A stretch of 64,000 nt of DNA. Origin: Octopus sinensis. Lineage: Eukaryota. Every line of letters begins with the position of its first letter. The stretch's first letter is position 1. Below, in pieces: positions 27,430-40,792 of the stretch. The DNA lies in the NCBI RefSeq assembly GCF_006345805.1, contig NC_043006.1, positions 87,110,001-87,174,000 of the forward strand. Reading direction: 5' to 3'. The position numbers and the translations under genes were made by a program. The notes under the pieces are model-generated. The model saw only the letters and a list, made by a program, of their open reading frames with translations. It was not told the DNA's origin and did not search any database.

Positions 27430-28170
27430 TTTTATATCAATCTTTATTATTTTATCCCAAGCCTTTCTCAGATTCCCTCTTCCACAGGTTCCACTAAGAG
27501 AGCTCTACATTCTATATACATTTATACACATCACATGCCCCTACCTGTGCAGCCTTTTTCCTGCACATTGCACCTGATGCCACTTACCCAATTTTTCTCA
27601 TAGCTTATTTGTACTCTAACATTTATGTATATTAATACTACACATCCAGTGAATGTGTAATGCTTGTTTCAATTCTTTCTAGTTTTTGCTAGTCGTCTGC
27701 ATTCAAGGCCCACATCTCATTACCAAGTAGGATCCTAGTTCAAACTCCATGTCTGTCCTTCACTCTAAGAGAGAAAAATCTTTGTTATCAGCATTGATAA
27801 TAGCTCACTTAACCTTTTCTAACCTTTTCTAACACTAGCTCTTATTCTCTCAGATCACTAATTTGAACACTAAGGTAGTAGAAACTATCAACTATTTCAT
27901 TTTTAGAGAGAGCCTTCTGAACATTTGAGAGAATCAATTTCCCCTGTGTTCTTAATACTTATCCTTTTTGTACACCTGCCACATGCCAAGTGTATCTTCT
28001 CTATTAGCTTTGTCAGTGATTCCACAACATTTCTTGTGTGTCAATATCTCACACTGGAGACAACATATGGAGTTCCTACCCACTCCATTTCTATGTATTG
28101 AGCAATTCATTTCCCTAGTGGATATGTAATTATTATCACTTCGTTTTAGCATTTTCTGTTAACATGAGTT
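27430..28170 (-). mobile_element. RTE-clade LINE relic (older copy)
   Basis: CSIHRNGVGRNSICCLQCEILTHKKC and EIVDSFYYL are homologous to 54866-55450. Confidence 0.65.
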
Positions 28171-28552
28171 AGATGAGTTGTCACAGTCCAAATCATCTCT
28201 TATTTGGAGTATTTGTCCTCCTAGATGAGTTAGAGGTATCAAACAGCATTTACAAAATGTAATAAAAAAATTTAGAGAGGAAATCAGGTCCTCAGTAAGA
28301 TTAAAATTCTATTGGATATTGCATTGTCTCTACTCATTCACTAAGCTCTTTACAGAGTGTGCTGGGAGCATATATATTAGCACCAACCCTAAAGCGATTG
28401 CTAGTGCCTTAAATATATATTATACATGCTTGTATATATGCATGTGTGTATGTGTATATATGTGTGTTTGTGTGAGCATTTGTATGTGTTTATATATGTG
28501 TAAATATATAAATAACAAATGAAAGACAGAAGATGGAATATACGAGAATATA

Positions 28553-28668
28553 TTATTCATCACAACAATTGTTTCGACACATCTAGCATTGACTCCTCTT
28601 GTGGGACACAGAAAAACTGGTTCAGGAGTATCCAGTGGTGCAGATACATCTCATCGGGTGATAAATAA
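28553..28668 (-). ncRNA. Type I hammerhead ribozyme motif, U4C variant
   Basis: Minus: 11-bp stem I (one G.U), CCGAUGA, long stem II (GAUGUAUCU-GCA / UGC-U-AGAUGUGUC), GAA, palindromic stem III ACAAUUGU, GUU triplet. Confidence 0.7.
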
Positions 28669-28725
28669 ATAAAAAATCTCATTAAAATGACTGTTCCATA
28701 ATGCAACTTTGCGTTTTGTGTAAAT

Positions 28726-28757
<32 letters not shown>

Positions 28758-30580
28758 GCTAGTGGTGAATTTCCATCATTCTATGATGAGGATTCAGTTG
28801 TTTTATCAACTGAATTGCATGCACATTGATTAATGTGGAACTAGTTGAGCATTTTATATACATTCATATCTTTAACATAACTTTTTTCATGCAGAATCAC
28901 TGCAATATATACGACAAGCCTGCACCTTTGACCTACAGGTACTATCCATCCAAGAGGTTTTTCTGTCAACTCACTTTCCCTTCCAAAGTATGATTTGACC
29001 ACAAGCTGCAGAAAATGACATTTGCCTACGATGCCACACAGGACAAAGGACCTAGTTGTTGTGAAATAAAATTCATTATCAATAAGATGTACTACAGCAT
29101 CATGTGAATCTTTATATATTTGTTTCAGCTACTAGACTGCAGTCATCCAAGGGGCACTGCTTTAAGGAGTTTAGTCAAAACAATCCACCCCCATATTTAT
29201 TTTATGAAGTTTGGTACTCATTCAATCAGTTTCTTTCGCTAACTTATCTGGGTATATACAAACACAAAAACATGTGTGTGCACACAAGCACAAACGCATG
29301 CACACACACACACACACACACACGTGATGTTCTTCCACACAGTTTCTGGTTACTAAATTCACTCGCAAGACATTGGATGGTCTGGGATTATAGTACAAGA
29401 TACTTGCCCAAGGTGCTGTAGAGATGGACTGAACTTGAAGCCATGTGGTTGGAAAGTGGGTCTCTCAGCCACACAGACATATGTATGTATGTATAGATTG
29501 TTTGAAGTGACGTACTAATTTTTTTTTATTTAGAAAATGAAGGTAGTCAAGAATTTGCATAAAACCTATTTATTTTCTGTTTTCACCCCCTTTAGGGATT
29601 CATCATAATTGTTTTTTTTTATAGAAAATTCAAACCTTTTTTTTAATATTAGTTGAAAAAAAATCTGGACTTAAATTTGCTTTCTTGAGTTTTGAAAAGG
29701 GAATATTTAGAAGTAGTTATTTGAGATGCCTTTGTTATTTTGAATCTATATGTGTGTATTAATGTGTGCATATGCATGAGTGTGTGGTGAATATTTGGAG
29801 GTATGGTCAAAGAAAGAAAGAAAGAAAAAATGTGATTCTTGGGATGGTTGCAATTAATGATGAGTTAAAAATGTTAAGTTTTTTTTCAATTGCAATAAAT
29901 TTCTTTTAGTCAATATGTGACTAATAAATTATTGAGCAGTTGTTATGTTACCTAGTTGTAGAAAATAGAATCTATCAAATTCTTTTGGAAGGTTTTTTAA
30001 ATGTCTAAGTGTGAGTCTGTTTAAGTGTATTCATGTATAGGTGTGTGAGTGTTGCATATTGGTTGCTTAAGTGAATTTTTCCAGTTAGTTTAGTAACAGT
30101 AATGAAAACATTATTAATAATAATATCCAGTAGAAATCAGGTTTGGTTCTGGGAAACTAGTTTTTTTAATAAGGATTTCTCATGTTTTTAGAAATATATA
30201 TTTTTTACATGTTTAGGTAAAATTTTTTCTATAAGATTTAGTTCCTTTGCCTTCTTGTATTTTGAGTCATCCCTTGGGCATTTGTAGAAAGAAAAGATCT
30301 TAAATCTGCTGGTTCCACACATTTCCAGATTCTTGCTTTGCAGAATTTATGCAATTCTTTTCTTTTGTCAATGTGCAAGAATCCATAATTCTCATTGCAT
30401 TTGGGGCAGGTTATACAGTATATTAGATTGTGTCTTGCAGTTCATATGTGCATTTATTTGGAAAGAAAATCCACTTTTAAATTTAATATGGAAACCAGTA
30501 TCTACCAGACTAGTCTCGAGTCATTGGATATAAAATGTAAGTTTAAGTATTTTATGACAAGCTAGGGGAAATATATATAC

Positions 30581-30626
<46 letters not shown>

Positions 30627-30839
30627 ATGTGTGTATGCAGGAGTGGCTGTTTGGTAAGTTTGGTTCTCAGCTACATGGTTTCTGAAATTAGTCTCATTGC
30701 ATGCCAACTTGGCTAAGTATTTACTATAGCTCCACACTAAGCAGTATCTTGTGAGTGGATTTGGTATACAGAAACTAAATAAACTCATCACATATTTCTC
30801 TCTCGCTTTCTCTCGCTATATATGTATATATATATATAT

Positions 30840-31261
30840 ATCATGAAGTATATTTGCCACCTAAATGTGGCTGACCCAAATGGGACGATGCTACTGTTGT
30901 TTATAGCCCCAGGTAGACATCTTCTCCAGCTAGCTAATAACACACTGTCAGTATCCAATCAGTATTTGCGAAGGGGAATCATCATTCCCATCTCTAGCCT
31001 TACATGATACACATGGACCTGTGTTTCTGAGTAGTAACCCATCATCAGCATGTGACAATCACCAGCTAGAGATGAGAAATGATTCCAAATGCAAAACACT
31101 ATATGCTTTTTCCAGTGACAAACCGTCACTGATCTCGAAAAAGGAGAAGCAAGCAATAATAAATATCTGAGTGAGATGTAAACAGTAGCAGCATGACATC
31201 ATGAAGTATATTTTCCACCTAAATGTGGCTGACCCCTAAGGGATGATGCTACTGTTGTTTA
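30840..31261 (-). mobile_element. Retrozyme-like element: 358-bp unit + 64-bp terminal redundancy containing a hammerhead
   Basis: Direct repeats 30840-30903 / 31198-31261 (59/64 identical); nested complementary arms; HHR at 31010-31054; no ORF. Confidence 0.75.
31010..31054 (-). ncRNA. Type I hammerhead ribozyme, complete canonical core
   Basis: Minus: CACAUG-CUGAUGA-UGGGU UACU ACUCA-GAA-AC ACAG GU-C^CAUGUG; 6-bp stem I, 5-bp stem II, 2-bp stem III, GUC site between 31016 and 31015. Confidence 0.88.
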
Positions 31262-32416
31262 AGCATGTGTGTGTCTTTGTATCAGTTTGTCCCACCATCA
31301 CCACTTGAGAACCAATGTGGCTTCTTTACAATTCTGTAACTTAGCAGTTCAGCAAAAAATACTGGTATAAATTTGTTTGACTAAAACTTTCAAGATGTTG
31401 TCTCAACATGACCACAGTCCAGTGACTGAAATAGGATTAAAGATACCCAAACACAAAATTAATGAGTTTAGAATTTGCATTAGAGTTTGACCTTTAAGAT
31501 CTCTAATATCTGTCATTCTCAACAAAAAGGAGACTGATGGTGCAGTGGGAGTTTTTTGAGTCATACATATTTTCATCATGGATGAGTCAAGATTTCCTCT
31601 CCTACTGGATGGCAAGAAAATATCAACTAAACATTTTAGTGACAAACATAATGATATTGAGATCTTTCACCAGTCAAATTATTGGGCTTTGCTGCTATGA
31701 AATTGTTATTACATAATATTAAATATATAGAATATTTTAAAAGCATCTTTCTTTTATATAACAACTTTCTCAACTCAAATTGGTAATATACAACATGATA
31801 ATACTCCTTCATAATCTGCTTGAAGGATAATGATTTTGATATTTTCATTTGGTTTACACATTCTCTAGGCAAACTCTACCAGGAAATTTATGGCAGGCAT
31901 ATCATTAATGGCATATCATTAATGTTAGAAGGGTATCATGCTCAAACTTTTATAAGTGAAGTTATTTTATTTGCGATAATTCCAAATTGGGCTCATGATT
32001 GAAACAGGCTTACTTATGGCATGCTTAAAAGGATTTATAAATTTACAAGACAATTATACCAGATACATAGATTGCTAAATTTTAGTCATGAATAAAACAT
32101 GTATGTTCTCTTTGTCATATTATTTGTGTTAGGAGATAGCCTGAATTAATCATCCATAAGAGAAGATTTAGCAAAATGGAGCAAAATAAATTATATGATA
32201 TATGCAAACAGGTATGCAAGAATATCTATTTAGCCTTGCTTTGAAACAATTTTAAAGTTATTAATCTCAGAGATAAAATGATTCTTGCAATCAGAGAATT
32301 GGGATTTCAGCTTATTCAAATCTCATTCAGATTTGGTGTAGCCAATGATCTGTATATTCTGTTGATAAATACTAGAGCAGTTTCACCAGATCCACTGGAA
32401 GAGTTAAATCCAGTAT

Positions 32417-32801
32417 TACTCTTTACTCTCTTTTACTCTTTTACTTGTTTCAGTCATTTGACTGCGGCCATGCTGGAGCACTGCCTTTAATCGAGCAACT
32501 CGATCCCGGGACTTATTCTTTGTAAGCCCAGTACTTATTCTATCGGTCTCTTTTGCCGAACCGCTAAGTAACGGGGACATAAACACACCAGCATCAGTTG
32601 TCAAGCAATGCTAGGGGGACAAACACAGACACATACACATACATATATATATATATACGACGGGCTTCTTTCAGTTTCCGTCTACCAAATCTACTCACAA
32701 GGCTTTGGTCGGCCCGAGGCTATAGCAGAAGACACTTGCCCAAGGTACCACGCAGTGGGACTGAACCCGGAACCATGTGGCTGGTAAACAAGCTACTTAC
32801 C
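32417..32801 (-). mobile_element. SINE family A, first ~20 nt of the head missing
   Basis: Homologous to full copies. Confidence 0.88.
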
Positions 32802-33898
32802 TATGATCTATTTGCCAGTTTAACAATGCATGTACAGCTTTTTGTTGTTTATGCCATATCATCTCTGACTGAGCAGACCAATGGTCAAAGTCATTCCATT
32901 TTTTACCATCCTATCTTTTATTCAAACAGCGTGACTCTGAGATTACTTGTCTGATGATGTTCTTAAAAGATGCTGTTTGGTCTGATTTCACCAAGTTTTA
33001 CTACTATTTCTAGAAAGGGATTACATTGCTTTTCCTATTTTGTATCTGTTTTCAGTTAGGTGGACCAGTATTTTAGGATTTAAAATACAGAATCATTTTA
33101 AGAAATTCTTGGTCATAGATATGATGTGGTGCTGCTATAGGGCTATGAATTCACAAATAAACATTTGCTACATGACTATAAATTGACAAAGTAACCTTCA
33201 CTTCAATATTCTGTTTAAACTAGAGTTTCCTCTCTCTCTCTCACACACATTTTTGGGGTCAGTATTTCTTTATCATTTTTATTTATATATTTTTTGTATT
33301 TCTTTATTAGTCCTTTATTTTAAGTTTGAAACAATAAAGTCCTTAGCTCTATCAATGTTTCCTGATTTCCTCAGACTTCTCAACTACATCAAGTGATTAT
33401 TAGTGGTGGCAGTTATTGCCATTTTATAGCAAACAAAAATCACAGGAATAATGTTGCTTTAATGGTTTTGTGGTTACTGCCAGATCTAAAATTTTTTACA
33501 GTCAATGTCAGGTTCCTTTAGCAGCCAGGAAATAATTTAGTCCTGGATAGAGACTGCTCCTTCTACGTTGTCAGGGTGTGCTAGCTGTGTGCTAACATTT
33601 GCATTCCATTTTGTTATTGATAAAGCTTTCATTACCATTCACCTACTTTGTCTTTGGTGTACTAGCCATAAGATAAATTAAGGTATATTTGCACAATATT
33701 TGCAATAAGATAAATTGAGACATATTTGCATATTAATATGAATCATTATCACTGTTGGTCATTAGTAATTATAATCTTGACGGCCTGCAAAATATTTTAA
33801 GGAATTAAATTAGTACTGTTTTGTTGAAAGACATGGCATAAGATGTATTTGTACTTCGCTTTTGGTGCAGACAACTTTAATCTTTACCACCACTTCGT

Positions 33899-34310
33899 AG
33901 GAGTGGCTGTGTGGTAAGTAGCTTGCTTACAAACCACATGGTTCTGGGTTCAGTCCCACTGCATGGCACCTTCGGCAAGTGTCTTCTACTATAGCCTCGA
34001 GCCGACCAAAGCCTTGTGAGTGGATTTGGTAGATGGAAACTGAAAGAAGCCCGTCGTATATATATATATACATATATGTATGTGTATGCGTATATGTTTG
34101 TGTGTCTGTGTTTGTCCCCTCAACATCGCTTGACAACTGATGCTGGTGTGTTTACATCCCTGTAACTTAGCGGTTCGGCAAAAGAGACCGATAGAATAAG
34201 TACTTGGCTTACATACGAATAAGTCCTGGGATCGATTTGCTCGACTAAAAGGTGGTGCTCCAGCATGGCCACAGTCAAATGACTGAAACAAGTAAAAGAG
34301 TAAAAGAGTA
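33899..34310 (+). mobile_element. SINE family A, full length
   Basis: Head to (TAAAAGAG)n tail. Confidence 0.92.
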
Positions 34311-35929
34311 CTTCTCATGAGACTCCCCCTGACAACAGGTGGCAAGGAAACAAGTCTGATTTCTCTCTATACGTGTGTGGATACACATACACACAAGACA
34401 AGGGGTACAAAGAATCAAATAGGACTTACAGTAAGTTCTTTGCCTGATGTGCAGCTATCAAGAAAAACAAAGGTTAAGACTAGGCTAAAATTTCACAATC
34501 ATTCTGAAAATCCAGGAGTCCCAATAGTGGAGAGTATGTATAAAAAGTGATTGGATAAGAGAAGTGAGGTGAAAGAATAGGTGTTTATTCCATTTTTTGA
34601 CAGTTTTTTTTGTAATCTTTGTTATTTGAATAAACAATGCTACATCATCTGTCATATATATAAAAATATACCAATAAATTATCTGTGATTACATAATGAA
34701 ATTATTTGCTATTTCATAGCAGAGTCTTGTGTATTGAGTTCCTATGAAACATTCTGATGTGTAATCTGTTTGTTATGCTACAACACAATTTGCTTTTTTG
34801 TTTGTATGTGTGTGTGTGTGTGTATGTGTGTGTGTGTGTTGTGTGTGTGTGTGTGTGTGTGCGTGCGTGTGTGGGTGTGTGAGAGAGGGAGAGAGATAAG
34901 GATTGTGTAGCACTGCTTATGTGATTAACACAGGCTGTGAAACAACTGTCAACAAATGGAACAGACATTTATTTATTCTCTCACTTCACTTCTATTATTT
35001 GATGAAAAGAAAGAAACATACACTCACACACAAAAACTTTGCAGGCCCTTCCAGGCAAGCGAGATCGAGCCTATTAATGGTCATCTTGAACTTTTGTAAG
35101 ATACGGAAGTGTGGGAATTCCATAGGGCTGATGTTCTGGGAAGGAACAGTGCAAAGCCAGGATGGTAGAACACAACAAAGGAAATGAAAGGAGGAAAGGT
35201 AGGTTGCAAATTAATGTCTCTAAGTGCAGTGGTTTCAAGCCCATCCAACTCCAAAGAGCAGAGACCCTTATAGATGCATTGTATGTTGGCCAAGAATCTT
35301 GTTTCATAGCCTCAAGTTGATTTATGAGCAAAAACTGCATGGAAGCCCTTTGTATGCACACACACATACACATGCATACACACATGCACACACATGCCCA
35401 TAAAACTATTGCCCAATCAAGCTCCACAGTATCAAATGATTCAGGAGATTCATTCACAAGTGCACTTCAAATGTATTGTCAATGAACAACTGGTAAACAT
35501 GCCCACTGTTTATAAGGGGTATTTTCCCCCACAATAAACACATGATGTCTACCAGACATGAAAATGTTTTAGTACATGACTTAATTTCTGTTTTATCATC
35601 TTTTAAATTGCAGTTGATTTTTCGGGGTTCTTTGCCAAAAGGATCTTCACAATCTATTTAGATTATATTTATCCACTTCCTCTTAACTTAAATGACTTTG
35701 TAAGCAAATGTCTGTAAGCAACTGATAAAGTCATTGCACTAGGAAATGCAATGAAATCTATAGGTATGCACTTTCTTCTCAGACCAACACATATAAAAGT
35801 TGTTTTTTTTTTAATGCTTAGAATATGCTGAAAATATTACCAGAGGTTGCTACCAATTCAAATAATACAAAGTCATATTCACGTATAATGCTATTGTATT
35901 AGATTTCCCAATTATTCCTCTTAAATACT

Positions 35930-36650
35930 AATATTTTTTCACATAAAAAGATTTTCACAAACTATTTTCACACAAAAAAATTATAATTTGAAATTTTTAA
36001 TATTTCTAAAAAAATTGCTTATTCATTTTTAATAATTTACAATATATTTTCACAAAATACACTTCCCACACAATGTTTTTCATTTCATATACTTTCCATA
36101 TAATGTATTTTTGATGACGTACACATTTTAGACAACACATTTTTGATATTTCACACAATTATACTTTAATGTAACATTACTTTCACATAATATACTTTTA
36201 ATTTGGCAGTTATTTTCAGTAACACTTTTTTTTTTTGCAATAATACTGAATTGTTTAAATTTGTATTTTATGTACTTCAACTTTTTAAAACTTTTTTAAT
36301 TCCTTTTCTGCATAGATTAAGACTCATATTCATATCTGATACATATTTAAATCATGTAATAAACATACCACACAATATATTCTATACACAGTATGTATTT
36401 CACACAATGCATTGACGCACAGTATTTATCCACATATATTATTACATGATAATACTTTCCATACAATGCAGTTTTAATATATTATAATATAATATACATA
36501 TACATACAATATACATTTTGAATAATTAATTTATTGCAAAATATATATTCCATCCGATAAAAATATTCCATAATACACTTTTCAATCAATATACATTAGA
36601 TATATTCTCAACAATATACTCTTCAGACAACTTATTTTCAAAAACATATT
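35930..36650. repeat. Degenerate AT-rich minisatellite-like tract (recurring TTCACACAAT/AATATATT words)
   Basis: Recurrent short motifs seen by eye; period not fixed. Confidence 0.45.
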
Positions 36651-37370
36651 TAGACTTAGTACTTTTGAAAATAAATATTTTTCATTTACTTGTACTTGAA
36701 ATTTTGCATCTTAGTTGAAATTTTAAAAATTTCAATTTGAATTTTCAGTTATAAGTTTAATGAAAATTGTTATGATTGGCATCCATTTGGATATATCTAA
36801 TGCACCCCCGACACTCTTCATACAGTGTAATCAACTGACAGCAAGATTCATGAAACATTATCATATTATAAGCTCAAGACCTGTGAATTCTAAGTTTAAA
36901 TTTTTCTTCTAAATTTCAAAAACTTTTAACATAATATACTTTTAAAATAGATAACATTGATTTGCTAGTACTTTGAGTTTTACATTTTAATTTTTGAAAT
37001 TTCAAATAAATATAGCTTCATGAGAAAACTATTTTTAATCTCAAGCTTTCAATTTGACTTGTTTAAATATTAACAGCAACCAGTGGCTATCATACTTTGG
37101 TTAGGTGTTATGTTCTAATAACCCATTAGACTATCAAGGCTTTCTAGTAGTCTAGCCACACTAATTACCAACTTCCTGTGCTTCTTTACTGTTTTTCCTA
37201 GATTGTCAAATTATTATAACTGCTTTATACTGTCCCACACACCCTTCTTCCCTCCCTGCTTGACTAGGTGTTAAAATATTGTTGGTAGTACAGTAATTTT
37301 GTAAGAACAATTTGAGGCATCTGGTTATCTATCTTATAAATGCTACTCTGGGTGGTAATTTTTAGTAAGG

Positions 37371-37759
37371 ATGGCCTCCGTGCCGGTGGCACGTAAAAAG
37401 CACCATCCATTCGTGGCCGTTGCCAGCCTCGCCTGGCCCCGTGCTGGTGGCACGTAAAAAGCACCATCTGATCATGGCCGTTGCCAGCCTCATCTGGCCC
37501 CTGTGCCGGTGGCACGTAAAAAGCACCATCAGTCCGTGGCCGTTTGCCAGCCCCGTCTGACACCTGTGCAGGTGGCATGTAAAAAGCACCCACTACACTC
37601 ACGGAGTGGTTGGTGTTAGGAAGGGCATCCAGCCGTAGAAACACTGCCAGATCAGACTGGGCCTGATGCAGCCTTCTGGCTTCCCAGACCCCAGTTGAAC
37701 CGTCCAACCCATGCTAGCATGGAAAGCGGACGCTAAATGATGATGATGATGATGATGAT
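37371..37759 (+). mobile_element. Family C repeat with four ~62-bp internal tandem units
   Basis: GTGC(C/T/A)GGTGGCA(C/T)GTAAAAAGCACC at 37380, 37441, 37503, 37566; (GAT)n tail. Confidence 0.85.
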
Positions 37760-38349
37760 TATTTGGAAATTTTTAGAAATGAGAAAGGCAATGCTAATTA
37801 GTATATTGTTAACTAACAGTCATTTAGCAATGGTCTAGTGTTTGAGGAAAGTTGATGATCATATTTTTTTAATTAACATTTAATATTCTCTGGTTATTTA
37901 CCTCTTGCTACAAGAGCAATCCTATATTTTCATTTATCCCTAAGAACTTATGACATTCCTCATCAGATATTAGAAAAATGGTTAAGCTTTTGAAAGATAT
38001 GCAGTTAGACTTGTTTGTAGTTTTTCTTCATACATCTCTAAGGTCTTAAATGATTTTTTCTTCATATATCTCTAAGTTCTTAAATGATTTTCAGCCAGTC
38101 ATTAACAAGCTTTTTTGTTTGAGTTAGGTTAGCTTCAGATGTTGGTAAACATGTGAAATAATAGGCATGTATATGTAGGTGTTTGTGAGGATATGTTTGC
38201 ACCGATGCAGCTGATGTGTATGATACTTCAATACACAAGTGTGTGACAACTATGTGTGCAGATGTCACACACATTTGTATATGTGCATCCTAGGAAACTC
38301 AAAAGCAGAATTTTGGGAATATTTTGTAAATTTTCACTTCCACTTTGAA

Positions 38350-39100
38350 GGTTACAAATCTTTTTGTTTTCCTCAGATTTTATGGAAATAGATGGTTATA
38401 TAGCCCACTGTAACTGTAACAGCAGATATAAACGTAAATCTATAGTTTGGGTTGAAGAGTTTTAAGTTCTGCAAGAGTTCAGCGTTGATGTTCTCTTATT
38501 GTACAACTTAATGCATAACATTCATATCTGCCAGGCAGCTTAATTCCATGACAACGCAGGACTTTTGTTACCCATTCCATAGAAAAATATCAGATCTTTG
38601 TTTACATTAGATCACTGATTTTACTGGAATGCCCCACAAGTATTCCTTATTTTTAAAGATGTGGAAGTATTCTGGTACTGATGTGTTTTGATATAGCTGG
38701 CAGGAAAGTCCATCTTGCAGATAGTATTACAAATGGTTTTGATAACAATGTCACAGCTTATGAGAAAGTAGTAATTTGCAGCTAATTCTTGGTAGTTGTT
38801 GAGGAACTGCCCTCTTTCACATTGGTATAGCATAATCAACACTTTCTATCAAAGCAAGTAGGTTTCAAGGCATTCTTATCTCTTTTATTGACCAGATATT
38901 TAGTAGTTATCTCCTGTTCTTGAATGGCAAAGGCACGTCCTTCTAAGTGAGATGTGCCGCATCAATCACATGTCCAGAAGCAACTACTATTTCTGATGAT
39001 GTTGCTGCAATCATCTAGATTGTGGTATATGAATACATATCTTCCTGCTGACATTCTTTTTCTCCTATGTTTCTGTTTAACTAGATTAATCCAGGTATCC
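38350..39100 (-). mobile_element. R4/Dong-like non-LTR relic (zinc-knuckle + REL endonuclease region)
   Basis: Minus frames: LEGRAFAIQEQEITTKYL...KC*LC, EYLWGIPVKS, CVVMELSCLADMN, ELLQNLKLFNPNYRFTFISAVTVTVGYI. Confidence 0.6.
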
Positions 39101-40792
39101 TAAGATCACATGGAGTATATGTATAAAAATGTATGTATGCATATGTTAAGTATGGAAGCAATCATATGTTAAGTATAGAAGTTTGTTCTTTACAATGAGG
39201 CTTGGATTCGATCCTACTACATGATATCTCAAGGAAGTGTTTTGTTTTTTCTTTGTTTTTGCCATAGCCTCAGACTGACACAAGCATTGTGAATGGAAAC
39301 TGGAAAAAGCCAGCTGGATAGAATACACCTGAAATTCAAAGAGCCAGCATTTGTCATCCCACAGTGTCATGCCAATTCTGGCTCAGGATTGCATTAATGG
39401 TGTAAGTATCTGTGAAATACTCAGTCACTTACATTACGATTCAAGAAGTAGGCAATGAAACTAACAAAGATCCATGTAATCTATTTTATGCATGTATGTG
39501 TATTAGGGCTATGATTCAATTTATAAACCTTTATTTTTGACAAATTATCTGGTAATAAAGGCATAGGTTTTTATGATGAAAATTTTGTAGTCTTACGTGT
39601 TAAAATGTCTAGAATAATGGAGTGAAAAATCAACTAAGTCTCTATTAAATAAAAATCATGTCAAGTGAAAAGTCTAATGTTTTAGATAATTACCAGGATA
39701 TTTTAGGAAATAATCAATAACTTCCATCACCTTTGCAATTTACCATTCAGTTTTACCTCATACCAATTCAGTTTTCTCCATACCATTGTTGTCACAATCT
39801 ATCATTATATCATCACTGATAAAATAGCCCTCACTATCACTATCATTAACAGCACTACCACTGCCACCTACTAAATTGTGGCATAATTAATGATACAAAC
39901 ATTACTGCCATTATACTGCCATCTCTACTATCACCCTTATTAAAACTATTCCGATTTCAACAACCATCATCGTTGCCATCAGAATATTCCCATATATTGA
40001 TACATCTGTTCATATGAACTAAAAGTATGTTTCAACTCACAAAAAGTACAACAGATGGTCACAGACACATAAGGAATAAGATACAGATTCATAGTAATGT
40101 TAATCACAGTTTTATAGGTAGACTCCAATGTACACATGAACTCTCACATAAATCACACAAATAGACATAAGCTCAAATGTGATCACATAGTGGCATTTAG
40201 ACAATCTTACTCACAAACTCTCATATAATTACAGAGTAATACATATACAAATACGCAATGAAGACAAACAGGCACATAAAAGTACCTAGAAAAATAACAT
40301 ACACTAATATTTGTGTGCGTGTGCACACATGTGACATTAACATTTTGATATCCACTTATCCGTGCCTGCGTGTATCAGGTGGAATTAATTGAGGCAGATC
40401 TCCTTTAGCCAAATAGTTTTCCCTTTTGCCAAATCTCATCTGTTTCCAAGCAAGAATATATTTCTCTGAGGCCAGATATGTTTTCAAGGAAGGCTGGAAA
40501 TGAATCATATCGATTGTATGGTGGTATTACTTGCTAGCAATTATCACATATCAAGACAAAGAAAACTCAAACACACACACACACACACACACACACGCGC
40601 GCTTATGGGCTTTCAGTTTCATCTCCCAAATTGTCATGGTTTTGGTTGGTTCAGTAGAAAGAATTTGCCCAAGGTACCATGCAAATCATATGGCTGGAAA
40701 GTGACTTCTTAACCACACAGCTATGCTTGCACCTATACTTATAATATACATATCATAAATGCATTACACATATATAAATTTATTATATCAAG

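Larger units (their letters stand above)
30637..31432 (+). mobile_element. Old SINE family A copy interrupted in its central microsatellite by the 30840-31261 insert
   Basis: 5' half 30637-30839 (GCAGGAGTGGCTGTTTGGTAAG...GTGAGTGGATTTGGTA); 3' half 31262-31432 (TTTGTCCC...GTAACTTAGCAGTTCAGCAAAA...GACTGAAA). Confidence 0.7.

Noticed and set aside
31179-31261. Canonical hairpin ribozyme on the plus strand
   Set aside because: Only GUAUAUU matches; AGAAACA and a proper AGAA/N^GUC loop A are absent and a perfect 9-bp helix competes. Kept only as a structural observation.
37380-37590. CRISPR-like array (25-bp repeat with 36-38-bp spacers)
   Set aside because: The spacers are homologous to one another, the context is eukaryotic, there are no cas genes, and the units belong to the RTE 3' UTR.
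38377-38465. Apparent plus-strand exon (FMEIDGYIAHCNCNSRYK...)
   Set aside because: It is the antisense of the R4/Dong-like endonuclease relic, which explains the open frame.
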